Under the pieces are notes generated by a model. That model was not told the origin of the DNA, ran no database searches, and saw only the letters and a program-made list of their open reading frames with translations. From Paraspadella gotoi (lineage: Eukaryota > Animalia > Chaetognatha): a stretch of 54,169 nucleotides of DNA. The DNA lies in contig CM119271.1 in NCBI GenBank assembly GCA_051294375.1, positions 8,655,409 through 8,709,577 of the forward strand, in the 5' to 3' direction. Positions 10,632 to 23,409 of this stretch are shown here, piece after piece. Position 1 is the first letter of the stretch; each line of letters begins with the position of its first letter. Made by a program: the position numbers and the translations under genes.

Positions 10632-11263
10632 GAAAGACGCGATCGCCAACGCGTTTCCCACCCGACGTCAAAGGGTCGCGGCATNNNNNNNNNNNNNNNN
10701 NNNNNNNNNNNNNNNNNNNNNNNNNNNNNNNNNNNNNNNNNNNNNNNNNNNNNNNNNNNNNNNNNNNNNNNNNNNNNNNNNNNNNNNNNNNNNNNNNNNN
10801 NNNNNNNNNNNNNNNNNNNNNNNNNNNNNNNNNNNNNNNNNNNNNNNNNNNNNNNNNNNNNNNNNNNNNNNNNNNNNNNNNNNNNNNNNNNNNNNNNNNN
10901 NNNNNNNNNNNNNNNNNNNNNNNNNNNNNNNNNNNNNNNNNNNNNNNNGAGAGAGAGAAAGAATGACTTACTCCAATTTATCTTTCTTCCCATTTTTTTT
11001 TCTTCTCTTATTTTTCTTCTTTCCTTAATAAGCGAGTTGAGACCTGGTGAATTGTGAAAGGAGAAGAGAGGGTTGGCCGAGTCCCGGATGGCATCGGAGT
11101 CGTCGTGGAACCAGCGTGTCACGTCGAGGCCGTGACAGTTGACACGGTGTCACAGAGACGTCACGGCACCACGGGCCACTCGGTCCCGCCTTCGAGGGCC
11201 AATAGGAAATGGGAGGGGCATCCAGAGGGCACGATGTCGATTTGACCGTGGAACTTCCGACAA

Positions 11264-11334
<71 letters not shown>

Positions 11335-11436
11335 TGGGGATGGACAGAGGCAGCCGCTTCCGACAAAAGACCATCCGTACGACAATCAATGATTGATGAG
11401 AAGGATTAGTTAAAATGTGAATAATATAAAGCTGAG

Positions 11437-11467
<31 letters not shown>

Positions 11468-11769
11468 CCGATTGATGAATGACCAGATCGATCTTGGGCC
11501 AAATGACAATCGCGAAAATTGATTTAAGGGAAACAAAGAGAGAAAATGTGGCACCGCGGAATCCAGGGGTCGGAATCTATAGGATTATATTCAAGGTGTG
11601 GCAAGATTTCAAATTTGAATCAATTTACTCTGAAATCAATTTTTATAGCAAAAATGCTGGTGAAACTATTAAAAAAAATGATTCAGTTTTTCATGAGCTG
11701 GAGAAGTGACGGTGGGGCAACCCTTTCTTGGGTTTTTGGTCATTTGGTCAATTTGACTTTTAATTTACA

Positions 11770-11857
<88 letters not shown>

Positions 11858-11935
11858 GTCTCTTATTGTTTTATTGTTTTACCTTTCTTTTTTATTTTTT
11901 TATATTTATTACCTTTTCTTGATTTGTCTCTTTTA

Positions 11936-11976
11936 GCCACTGATGATGACTTAGAAATTAAGTCGAAATATATGGC
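11936..11976 (+). ncRNA. Minimal type I hammerhead ribozyme motif (Penelope-like element type)
   Basis: GCCA-CTGATGA-T-GACTTA-gaaat-TAAGTC-GAAA-TA-TA-TGGC: stem I GCCA/TGGC, core CUGAUGA, 6-bp stem II, GAAA, palindromic ATAT in place of stem III, predicted cleavage after A11972. Confidence 0.75.
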
Positions 11977-12566
11977 AAAAAAATTTATAATTTTTTTGTT
12001 TCTTATGCACTGTGAAAATAAGTATTTAATTAAGCATTCTACTAGTGCATGCGATGACATTAACGCGATTCTGTTATTCTGATCATTGGTTAATTAAACG
12101 TCCCCGTAAACTGTGAACGGTTAACTTTGTTTTTTTGTTTAAAATTAATCCATTTCCAGACATTTTTAAACTTGTCTAAAACTCTAAAAGCTACAAATTT
12201 TCATGAGAACTAAAACGGAGATTAACAACGTCGGGTTTTTTTTTTCTTTGATCTCGGCGAATCATTTCGATTATTAAACGAAGCAGAAGGAAAAGCTCAT
12301 CGCCCTTTATTCTCGATCCTCTTAGTTGTCACGTCAAAAGTTGTCATCTTTTTCCAAAAGACGGGACTTTAGAAAAATTTTGAAATTGTAAGGAGCTATG
12401 TTTTTCTATATTTTGTCATTGCCATAGAATATTCTTGTTTTATTGATTTTTTTAATAAAATTCGGCCAAATCATAAACATTTAACATTCTATCTGACGGA
12501 CCGACCGACCAATAAACTCTCTACTTAAAGTCGCCCCTCGTAACGAATGATTTCTCTTTAATCCTC

Positions 12567-12823
12567 TTTTTTGTTGCGGAGCAACTCTATAAGTCACTTT
12601 TCGGTCGGTCGTTATCTCTGTCCGTCGGTCTGTCCCACTTACGTTAAAAACGCTTATCACTTGCCTATAGTTTGTTGCTCATTTGTTAAAAATCAAATCT
12701 AAGCGACTACTGGCGCCGCCTTTTTTTTTTTAAAGAAATCTTATAAACTATAAAGAATAAATGATATGATAAGTAAAAAGAAAAGTAATACGGCGCAACA
12801 CCTTGCAATAACCGTTCCTGGTT
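12567..12823 (+). mobile_element. Short Helentron-associated (HINE/DINE-1-like) element
   Basis: Starts T-run + GTTGCGGAGCAAC hairpin + TCTATAAGTCACTTTTCGGTC followed by (GGTC/GTCC) repeats, matching the terminus of the 37726-40653 element; putative far subTIR cggcgcaac at 12791-12799. 3' boundary uncertain. Confidence 0.5.
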
Positions 12824-13721
12824 TTTATTAAATTTTAATCCTTGAGCACCGAATCCCCTTAACGGTCGTCGATTTCGATCGCGCCGCTGTCATTCTCAAA
12901 TGCGAATGACGAATGTCGTCATCATTATTAATCCATTATTAATTATTAATCCATTATATCGCTTATTCATTTTCTTTTTTCTTTTTTTGTTTTGCTTTTA
13001 AAGTTGACGGTCGACGGACGAGGAAAGAGAAAAAAAAAAAGTGAGAAAATGAGAAGAAATGATTGATGATGCGACATTCGTGACCCTTTTTTTTTTTTGC
13101 TTTAGTTGAATGAGGGAATACGAGTGTACGAGTATGTGTTTTATATAGGTTACTTGTATTTTTAATAATATTTAAACGTATTTGGAATCGCAAATGTTTC
13201 AAAAAGTTGTTCTGTTGACTTCATGGTCGTTCAAAAAAAAAAATGTTGAATTGAGCTCTAGAAAGTTTTACCGTTTAGACCATTCAACTCATTTTGCTCA
13301 ACGTTGAAAGTTGTCCAAAATTTATTTCGTACTACTATGTTTTTTTCCAGTTTAAGTGTTTATTGTCAAATGCGACAAAACATTACATTTCACTTAACGC
13401 GACCTAAAGAGCAATTCTGCTCCGTTTCCGCTTCATGACACATGTCACGTGACGGAGCGAAAAGAAACTTATAAATAATTCTCCGTCATCAATGATGACA
13501 TCGGTTGTCATATAAACGAGTCTCTTGTCATCTTTGCCGCATCTTGAACTGTCACCAACGCGAATCTGAAAAAAAAGGGGCCGACAATGTCAGACATGTC
13601 AGTCCGTGTCAGAAATCCGTTCATCAGTTTTTGTTTTTAAAACTTTTCACGTTTATTCAAACCTTTTTTTTGTCATTTCTCTCCCTATTTTCAAAAAATA
13701 AATTTATCCTTAGAGTTATTG

Positions 13722-13802
<81 letters not shown>

Positions 13803-14119
13803 GATCGTTCCATTCCTTATCCAACCATGTATTTATTCTCTCTCGATTACTGTCACGCCTAATTGTCTATCCTTTTTTCTATCCTCGTTTTCGATATATT
13901 TTTTTCTTTTTTCGTTCTTTCTTTTATTTCGCTTTAGCCTTTTTTTGGTCTTCAACTCGACGCAATTTCTGTCTCTCGAATTTACGCATCGTAGATTCTC
14001 ATTTCTCTCTTCTTTTTTTTAAGGTTTAATGGGATTAGGGGAAACCTTTTCGTAAAGAGCTTTTATGCGAATGTGTCATCTCTCGGTCTTGTCTGTCTTT
14101 CAATCTTACTGTCGGTCGG

Positions 14120-14211
<92 letters not shown>

Positions 14212-14212
14212 T
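14120..14212. repeat. (CTTT)n tetranucleotide microsatellite
   Basis: Direct reading. Confidence 0.95.
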
Positions 14213-14360
14213 ATTTATTTCTATTGTCTTTCTTTTCTCTCTTTCTTTTCTCTTCCATCATTTCCATCTCTCCTCATTCCTCCCCCTCCCCCCTCTCACA
14301 TAACCCCCCCCTTTTTTAAAATCCCGTCCTTGATCGATCACCCATCCCTCGGGGCTTTCT

Positions 14361-14650
14361 GACCAATCACGAATCGGTCAAATCCTTCCAGCCAATCAAC
14401 TTCTCCCATCATATCCTCTCGACCAATCGCTAAACAGAATTCTATCCATCCATTTCCCTTTTGTTTTTCCTTCGCCGCTTTCTTTTTCTTCCTTTTTGTG
14501 CTTCGCCGCCGGATCGATCGATCGCCAGAGTAGATGGCGTTTTCGGGTGATGGATCGGTGCCGCCCGCCGTCATCGTCGCCGTCACCCTCCACGGCAATG
14601 ACGCATCGGCACGGCCGAGTAGATGGCGCTACGGGTCTTTTAAAAGGGGG
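14361..14650 (+). promoter_or_regulatory. Promoter-like region: three CCAAT boxes plus two AGATGGCG (YY1-like) motifs
   Basis: CCAATC at 14363, 14392, 14423 (29/31-bp spacing); GAGTAGATGGCG at ~14528 and ~14617; CpG-rich. Confidence 0.45.
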
Positions 14651-14731
14651 GGAGAGAGAGGGCGTCTCGATCTCTCGATCTTTCGATCTTCGATCAAAGG
14701 GATGAAAGGCGAACAAAAGACGTCACCGCCA

Positions 14732-14796
<65 letters not shown>

Positions 14797-16354
14797 TCAG
14801 GGGAGAAGAGAGAATGAGAAATGATTGACGAGTGGAATGGTTGTCGAAAGAATGCAAGGGGTAACAGTTTCAGTAGCGTCATGGATTGACCAATGAGGGA
14901 ACAAAGAATGGAAAAGTGATGTTCGAGCTTAAAGATGCTGCTGTCGTAAAGACCTGATATAGATGTAATAAATAGGTAATGTAATGTAGTGTAATGTAAT
15001 GTAGTATAGTAATGTAATGTAGTTCAAAAATAAAAAGGTGACGTCGAAAGAGCGTGTCACGGATTTGACACCGGAACCGAAGAAGACGCTCGACGACCCG
15101 AGACGCGTTCTAACGTCACGCTTGTCACGGTCCCTGTCATGGCCGCCACGATTTCTCTACGACTCACCCTGGTCACGCTCTTTGCCGCTGTTCCCTCGGT
15201 CACGGTTGTCACGGTCGTGGGCTCCGGAAGAGACGCAGCGTGGCGCNNNNNNNNNNNNNNNNNNNNNNNNNNNNNNNNNNNNNNNNNNNNNNNNNNNNNN
15301 NNNNNNNNNNNNNNNNNNNNNNNNNNNNNNNNNNNNNNNNNNNNNNNNNNNNNNNNNNNNNNNNNNNNNNNNNNNNNNNNNNNNNNNNNNNNNNNNNNNN
15401 NNNNNNNNNNNNNNNNNNNNNNNNNNNNNNNNNNNNNNNNNNNNNNNNNNNNNNNNNNNNNNNNNNNNNNNNNTGGAGTGATGGGGAGTGGTAGGGACGA
15501 TAGAGGGCGCCAAGGGATCAACGGTGTCAGCAAGAGAGAAGAAAACAAAGAAAGAAAAGTTAGGAGAGGGAAATAAAGGTAAGAAGAGATATTAAGTGGA
15601 TTTGTTACAATGCTACTTTGTGCGTTCTTAAAACTTGAGATATAACATTACAAAAAAAATCTTCACAGTTATTTGAATACGTTAGTTAGTTAGTTAGCAT
15701 TGAATATATACCGTAGACATATCTAACTTTCTTTTATAACTTTTGGCCTTCGCCCTCCAAAAAATCGTTTTGATTACGGACCACCCCAAGTGACAAAGTT
15801 CTNNNNNNNNNNTCTTTTAAATGCGGGTCCCCTTAATTGACGGTTTAACACCCGGACCTTAACGCAGGGGACCAGGGTTTCCTCTCTTTTTTTTACGGGT
15901 TTCTGAATGCGGGAAGATGTGCATCGGAGAAGGGATTTCGGTCGGTCAGTCATTCTCGGCGTATTGAAAGATGGGTTTGATATTTTTATGTTGGACAGTC
16001 GCGTTTTTCGATTAGGGAATTTCTGGAAACTCAGGGCAGCAAGGGTTAAAAATATGAAATATTAAAAAAAAAATAATCGTTTAATTTCAAATGTAATTTG
16101 TCATTTAACAATCGCACACAATCACATTTCACAGCATTATTTTGGCTGAATTAGTCGCCGCTTTGTTAATGTTGAAAGCCAAGTAAACATAAAACTTAAC
16201 CAAAACAACGAGAAAAAAATGGAGTCAATGGCCTTAAGGGATAAACGAGAGCAGGGACAACGACGACGACGACGACGACGAAACATCCAAAAAAGAAAAC
16301 TCATCGTTCTGTAGGAAAGGTGAACGTTTTAAAATCTTCTTCGTTTGACTATGA

Positions 16355-16398
<44 letters not shown>

Positions 16399-16659
16399 AC
16401 GACGACAAAGGATGTAAAAGTGACAGAAAAGATGATAATTAAAATTTCGTCGTTTGGTGGCGGAGACAACGACGATTTCTGGAAAGAGCGGTTTTAACTG
16501 TAAAACGGTTAAAAATATACCGTAAAACCGTCGCTCATTTCGGTTTTACTTTCTCTCTATCTGTCTCTGTCTCTCTGTCTCGCTCTCATTTCTCTTCTTT
16601 TTTTCTCTCTCTCTCTCTCCGGCCACAATTTCATTTATTTCAGTGTCAAAGGGATGAAA

Positions 16660-16752
16660 TATGATTGGAAGACGTCGTTTAAGTCGAGAACCGAATTTAG
16701 AGTTTAGACCAATCGCGTCGTTGGACCGGGACGGGAGTTTCTGATTGGTCGA
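16660..16752. promoter_or_regulatory. Second CCAAT cluster (mixed orientation)
   Basis: tgattgg (16662), gaccaatc (16707), ctgattggtc (16741). Confidence 0.3.
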
Positions 16753-16925
16753 AAAATCGAGAATGAGAGCCTATGAAATGAATAGAAAGTAGTATCGAAA
16801 CAATAGAAAGGGGGTTCTTTTTTTTGTCTTTCGAACATTCCAAAAGTCTTTTTCTGTTCCACGAACTTCCTAAAGTCAGTCATCAGTCATAATCCCTTTT
16901 GGCTCTGGGGCAACTAAAAAAAAAG

Positions 16926-17040
<115 letters not shown>

Positions 17041-20000
17041 CATCTCTGTCTCTGTCGCTGATAAATGAGACTTCGACGAATTTTAAACGGATTCTTTTTT
17101 TTATCTTTGAAAACGTAAAAAAAAAATTAAAGAGTCTTCAAATTGAAAGGAAGATTTTATCACCTGTCATTGTCAGTCATTCCCAAATTGTCTCCATTGT
17201 TTTTCGTCAGAATCTTGGAAAGTTTTAAACATCTGTGGCCTATTTGAAAGAGAGGGAAAGCGAGGTGCGAGGATGGAGACATTTTCGATGAGTTCTCTGA
17301 GTAATCACTTCATCTGTGGAAGTAAAATCGTGAGTAATCGACAGTCAGCTATTGTGATACGAATGTATTTAAACAAAGTAAAAATACTTTAAAATGATTG
17401 TTCCATTTTCAATTCTTGGGTCTCAAAAAAATTAGTGCAAAAGTCACAACCAGATTATGTTGAAATAAATGTTTAAATGTTTAAATAATCGACAACTATT
17501 AACCCAAGATTTCTTTAGCAAAATGTTAAGTGTGACCAACTGTAGACTGTCGAGTAAGTTAAGATGTCACCGATAATAATGGATCTTTTTGGTTCTTGAT
17601 TCGACATTGAACTTTCAGTTTTTTTAAAAACCCTCGTCAATAAACAATTAAACATACAATAAACACGTAAAGTTTCTTGTCAACGAACAACCAAAACTCA
17701 TATCTTTCCCATTTTGAAATTCCCCCCTTCCCTTTTTTGCCTAATCTATCATACATCATCTATCACACATCGCGCAATCGCATCTATCACAAATGCCTCG
17801 TTTCGTCATCATTAATCTTCTTCGCCCGTAGACGAGTTTTTCTTTTTTTCAAAGAAATTTGAAAAAGAACCAAAAATAAAGAACAAAAAAGAAAAAAACC
17901 TTGAAAAAAAAAACAAATAATTTTTTTTCTTTGTCAGAGACGAAAATATTTTTAGTTTTTTTGACAAAAACGAATCTTTGTTTCGAACCGTTGCTCTTTT
18001 TTTTCCGACGAACTAATGATTCGAACAAATGCCGGTGGCGGCGCTGATCGATTAAGTTCGGTCCGACAGGGCGGTTTCGTGAGGCCATAGATCTTCTCTT
18101 GCGTGGAGGCCGGCTATCATTTTTCGATGTCCATCTTTTTTAGTTCATGAACTCATCCACGGTATATGCATTTTATACCGGGCGTTGAAATATATTTTTA
18201 GCTCGATAAGATAATAATCAGTGGTTTGTTTATTTCAAAATATTTCAGCCAATAAGCTACCTAATATAAGCTATCTTAATCAAAATAAGCTTTCTTAATT
18301 AAAATAAGCTACATTCATTTGCAAAAACAAGTGTTCCTAAGGTATTTATAAACAAAAGTATATCTATTATGTAGTTAGTATTATCTAGTTGCCGCTCGCC
18401 GCGACTCATTTTGAGATACTTTTTGGTCGGTCTGTCTGAGAATTTGTTTAATTAAAAATATTTTCTAAATAATATTTAATAACTAAATTTATAACTTTAA
18501 AATGTCGTTATNNNNNNNNNNNNNNNNNNNNNNNNNGTCGCGGTGCACATCTCGTGGAAATTTTATTCACGCTCTTCTCATGCAAAATTCTTTATCTTGT
18601 GACCAAAATTTTTACTCTGTTTGATTACTAACATATGCCTTATATTCGAAAGAACTAGGCTTTTTTACCATGACTGTTTTTAATCAGTAAGATCGCAAAG
18701 ATAATCAAAATATGTAAAAAATCAGGCTAAAAGTAGCTTAAAACGGTGACAAAATTTCATACCATCGTCATTTGTAATTAATCTGGGTAAACTTGTTGAT
18801 TAAAAAAAAGTTATATTCAAACTCAATTTACAACTAGAGATCAAGAGCTATCTTTAAACCTATTATTTTTTTATTTAAAGGAAATTTAAGGCATAACAAT
18901 CAACCAAATATCTCTAAATCAGAATGACAAAACAATATTGCTTTTTTTTCTAGTTTTTTGTATTCATTTTTGTGGCTGTACTTGTTTGGCGTTTTAAGAA
19001 AGATCTAAGAGACATTTTGGGAAAAGCATCTTCTTAAAACTTTAGGTATAAATTTTTTATAAAAATATTTTAAAATTTAGATATATTAAAATGATTTTTA
19101 ATTTAATTAAAAAGTTGAATATTTAAATTTTCGAAAAAAACATTTGTCTCATGGAGAATTATAAATAAGGAACTTGGAGAAATAATTTTGCATTTTGAAA
19201 AAAAATCAGATTTCCCAATCGATTTTGTCACAATCTGATGTGTTTTTATTTTTTTGATTTATTTATTATGCAAAATTATAATTCTTCGGTGAGCATGGTC
19301 TGAAAAAGTTTTTTTTAACAATTTTTCGTTTTTTCTTTTTTTTTTTTTTATTGTTTTCTATAAGTATTCAAGAGGGATTTGGAGGATAGTTTTTCTTATC
19401 TTATGTTATTGTGATCATTTGCTATTAATTTTTATGAATCATTGCTTTAATAATAATACTGTAATGTGTGTAATGTAATGTAAGTGAGCAAAAGTTCTGA
19501 AATTGATGCAGAAACAAAGAGGAAAGCGACATAGAGAGAGTGAGGCAAAGAGTGAGAGCTAGAGGCAAAAGCTAAAGTGAGGAGAGAGAATTCTGATTGT
19601 TGTTTAAAGATGCGAAGGTTGCACGTTCGAGGCTATTACAATTTTTTTTTTTTGTACCAGGAGACGTCAGATAAGAAAGATATTTTATGTGACTGAAAAA
19701 GTGAACTCGCCGGCACTGGTTAAGGAAGAAAGAGAGAGAGAAGACAGAAAGAGAGTCAGCAACTGTATGGACAACAAAGTGACCAACAGTAATGAACTCT
19801 ATGGTTAAAAACTTATCCTGAGCTCTAATTTTCAATCCAGATCATAGACTATGGATATGAATATAATTAATAAGTGGTTGATTTATCAATAAATATATGT
19901 ATTGCAGGACTACCCAAGGCCCACCTATTACTAAAATTTAAAACCATAATATTCACAAATAAGGAAGTTATGTATCATTGAAAAAATGACCCATCTAAAA

Positions 20001-21348
20001 TATTAGCACTGATAAATATGGAAAAAAACTTTTTGATAGTAACAATATTTCTACAGAAGTTTACAAACCTCTTGAGTACAAGTTAGCAAAATTTTAAGGA
20101 AAAAAATTTAAAATATATTAGAGCTAAGCAAGTTTTTTAAAAAAAAATTTGACCCAATTTTAAGTGGTTTAAGATTATTTTTTGAAAAATTGCTTTTAAA
20201 TATAGGTGAGGAAGTTGAAGGAAAGTGAATGGAAAAATGGAAAATGAAGAATTAGGTGAAGGAAAAGAGAGGAAGTTGAAATGTAAGGTGGAAGTTTACA
20301 GTGTTTCGTCAATAATACGGGAAAGGGGCATAGACATTTCTTAAGAACCTAGAAGAAAATCGTCAAAATGGTTTAATATAAAAAATATCAAAGTTGAGCC
20401 GACAAAAATTTAGAGACACCACAACAGGTAGGAAGTAAATTGGAATACATATAAAAAAAAGTGGCACATAGGTAGAAATAAACGAGATAAGTATTTACAA
20501 ATTTAGAATACTCATTATTAAATGAGAAAACGAGTGGTAGAAGGAAAGAAATCTGAATGATCTCTCAGCGATATGCGAATGTCTCGCGCGGTACAGAGTT
20601 ATTTTTACTACATCTATGTGTTTTTCTCGTTTTATTCTTGTTAATAAATATATTTTTATATAGAATTTTTTAGCTTTTTAGGTCATATTTTTTATATTAT
20701 AATTGATTCTCTTATTATTACTTATTATTGATATATTAATTTAAAAATAATAAGTTTTGTTTTTGATGTTATCTTTTTTTGTTGGCTCTTTTATATCTCG
20801 GTCTTTGCTTTCTATATTTTAATTATATATTATTAAAAATACAATTATTAATTATTAATTAATTAAAATTTTTTTGATCTTTACTCTATAAAACTTTATC
20901 TTCTACTTTTTTAGTGCTTTGTTATTTTCCTATTTGATGAACTTTGTATTTCTCAGCTTCATATTCGGAACTAGTTTTTTAATCTTTTTGCTCTCCAATT
21001 AAAATCTTATAAGAAGTCGACTGTCTTTACACTCGAGAGATTGTATAATTATATCAATTATCTTTTATTAATCAAATAGTTACCTAAGAAATTTGTATTA
21101 GCATTACACAGCCCGAATGCTCTCAATTGATGTGTTATTTTTCTTATATGCTTTCCGTCTTTATATAATTCAACTGAAATAATAATTCATCTTAATTTAC
21201 AAAATTCACTAATCCTTTTATCCTTTAAGTATACATTGTAACAGTTGGTTGTAGAATTAAATATCCACCCCCGTTCACCTCTCTCTCTCTGGTTACTGTT
21301 CAGAATAGGTTCTCTCTCTCGCTCTCTCTTCCCCCAATCCTCTTCCTT

Positions 21349-21412
<64 letters not shown>

Positions 21413-21699
21413 CTCTCTAACCATCTTTCTTCCTCCATCGTCTCTACTCTTGGCTACAGCACTCTAGCATACCACTTCTCATGGTGACAGGACATCTCAT
21501 TCATCCTCATTGCTGCATAGTTTTTTCTACGAGACTGTACATCGCGTCTTATGATGTTATATTTTAAAACCGCACATCTCGTATGATAAATAAATTTATA
21601 ATTTTCTAAACATAATTAAAAAAATTAAACTTTTTATTCCCAACCAGCGACACAGTGAACCCTCGAAATCGTTAAATATCTTCTTGTGCGATATCTAAC

Positions 21700-21790
21700 C
21701 GGTTTCCCGCCAAACGAGCGGTTTCCCGCCAAACGAGCGGTTTCCCGCCAAACGAGCGGTTTCCCGCCAAACGAGCGGTTTCCCGCCAAA
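21700..21790 (+). repeat. Perfect 19-bp minisatellite CGGTTTCCCGCCAAACGAG x4.8, each unit with an E2F-type site
   Basis: Units start at 21700, 21719, 21738, 21757, 21776; TTTCCCGC fits TTTSSCGC. Confidence 0.9.
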
Positions 21791-21992
21791 TCTCATCCTT
21801 CTTCCTTCGTCGAAGTCAATGAGATTTTTATGGGAGGAATATTTTCAAGGTTCGAGTTCATTCATCTTTCGAGGCGAATTTACGAAAATCATTTCGGGAG
21901 AGAAACATCCTTCAATTTCTCTTTGTCGTAAATGACTTTGTATCTCGAAGTATAAATGTCGATTTCGGAATGTTTAGGGGGAAAGATTATTA

Positions 21993-22120
<128 letters not shown>

Positions 22121-22501
22121 TTTCACAATCAAGTTCTTTCAAAAAGTCAATCAATTATATCTGAAGTCGCTCTAAGTCCCCACCACCCAGAATTATCATC
22201 TTTACAAATTAAACTTAATTTTATCACAAGTCCATAAAAAATGTAATCTAATAAGGCTACTTAGGGTTTAAAACCCTTTTTTTATACCCTTTCTTATAAT
22301 CTACTATCACGCTTTTCTTTTTCTTTCCTTTATTGTCCACTTAGTAGACTCCAAAGTCACCCACTTTTCCACTCTCTCTCTCTCTCCCTTTCACACCCCC
22401 TTGCCCCGTATTCCTCCGACCAAAAAACTGCCTTTCATACTAAATCTTACTTTCCATAACAAAAACAATTTTGACGTGACCAGAATTCGGAGTCAATCAA
22501 A

Positions 22502-22557
<56 letters not shown>

Positions 22558-22645
22558 TTTTTTATTTTAATTAAACGTTTAGAATGGATGCTCTCTCCCT
22601 CACCCATTCTCTTTTTTCGAGGGGGGTCAAGAGAGAGAAAGAGAT

Positions 22646-22694
<49 letters not shown>

Positions 22695-23299
22695 GAGAGA
22701 CAGAGAGAGAGAGAGACAAAGAAAAAATTCGACCTCATCTCTGTTTTGTGTCTTCCTTTCTTTTTCCCCTCCCCGATATTTTCATCAACATTTCGTCACC
22801 TTTTTTCGCGTTTAATTCAAGTTGTCAGTTTTTTCGTCGTGATATTTCAACAGTTTCCTGTCGCATTTTTGTCAGTTCGTCATTTTCATTTCATCATTTT
22901 TTTGTCATTTTTTGTCATATTTTTTTTCTGCAAATTTTGATTGACGTTTGATTCGAAGGCGGAAAAGATTTGGCGTCTTTGAGTTGACGTTCTATTCGTC
23001 GTCGTCGTCGTCGTCGTTGTCCTTGTTGACTTCGTCGTCGTCATCATCGTCGTCATCATCGTCGTCCTTTTAATATTTCCGTTGATAACCAATTTTGATG
23101 TTTCGATTCTTCGCACGCAGCTTTTTCTCGCGGTGACTTCAGTCCGTAGTTTTTGGTCAATATCTTGTTTCGTTCTGCCCTTTTTTTTATCTCGATTAAA
23201 ATGCGGCCGTTTTAAAGCGACGCTTGGTCACGATTTAACTGTTTTTGAATTCTGAGTATGATCGATCGAATAGCAATTTCTTATTCTTCGTTTAGTTAA

Positions 23300-23409
23300 A
23301 GATCGCGCATGGGAGTACGGATACAATATTTTTTTTTTTAAATTATGAATTTATGACCAATATTTCGATCCATTAGACAGATCAATCTTCGTATTCCCAT
23401 GCGTGACCT
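23300..23409. mobile_element. 110-bp MITE with ~25-bp imperfect TIRs and TTAA TSD (Kolobok-like)
   Basis: TTAA|AGATCGCGCATGGGAGTACGGA ... TTCGTATTCCCATGCGTGACCT|TTAA; TTAA at 23296-23299 and 23410-23413; termini begin AG rather than the CCC of piggyBac. Confidence 0.7.

Noticed and set aside
16031-16048. piggyBac-like end (..GCAGCAAGGG-TTAA) as a complete element
   Set aside because: No matching left TIR found; it may be lost in the 15803-15812 gap, so boundaries cannot be supported.
21700-21790. CRISPR array
   Set aside because: Units are head-to-tail with no unique spacers, no cas genes, eukaryotic context.
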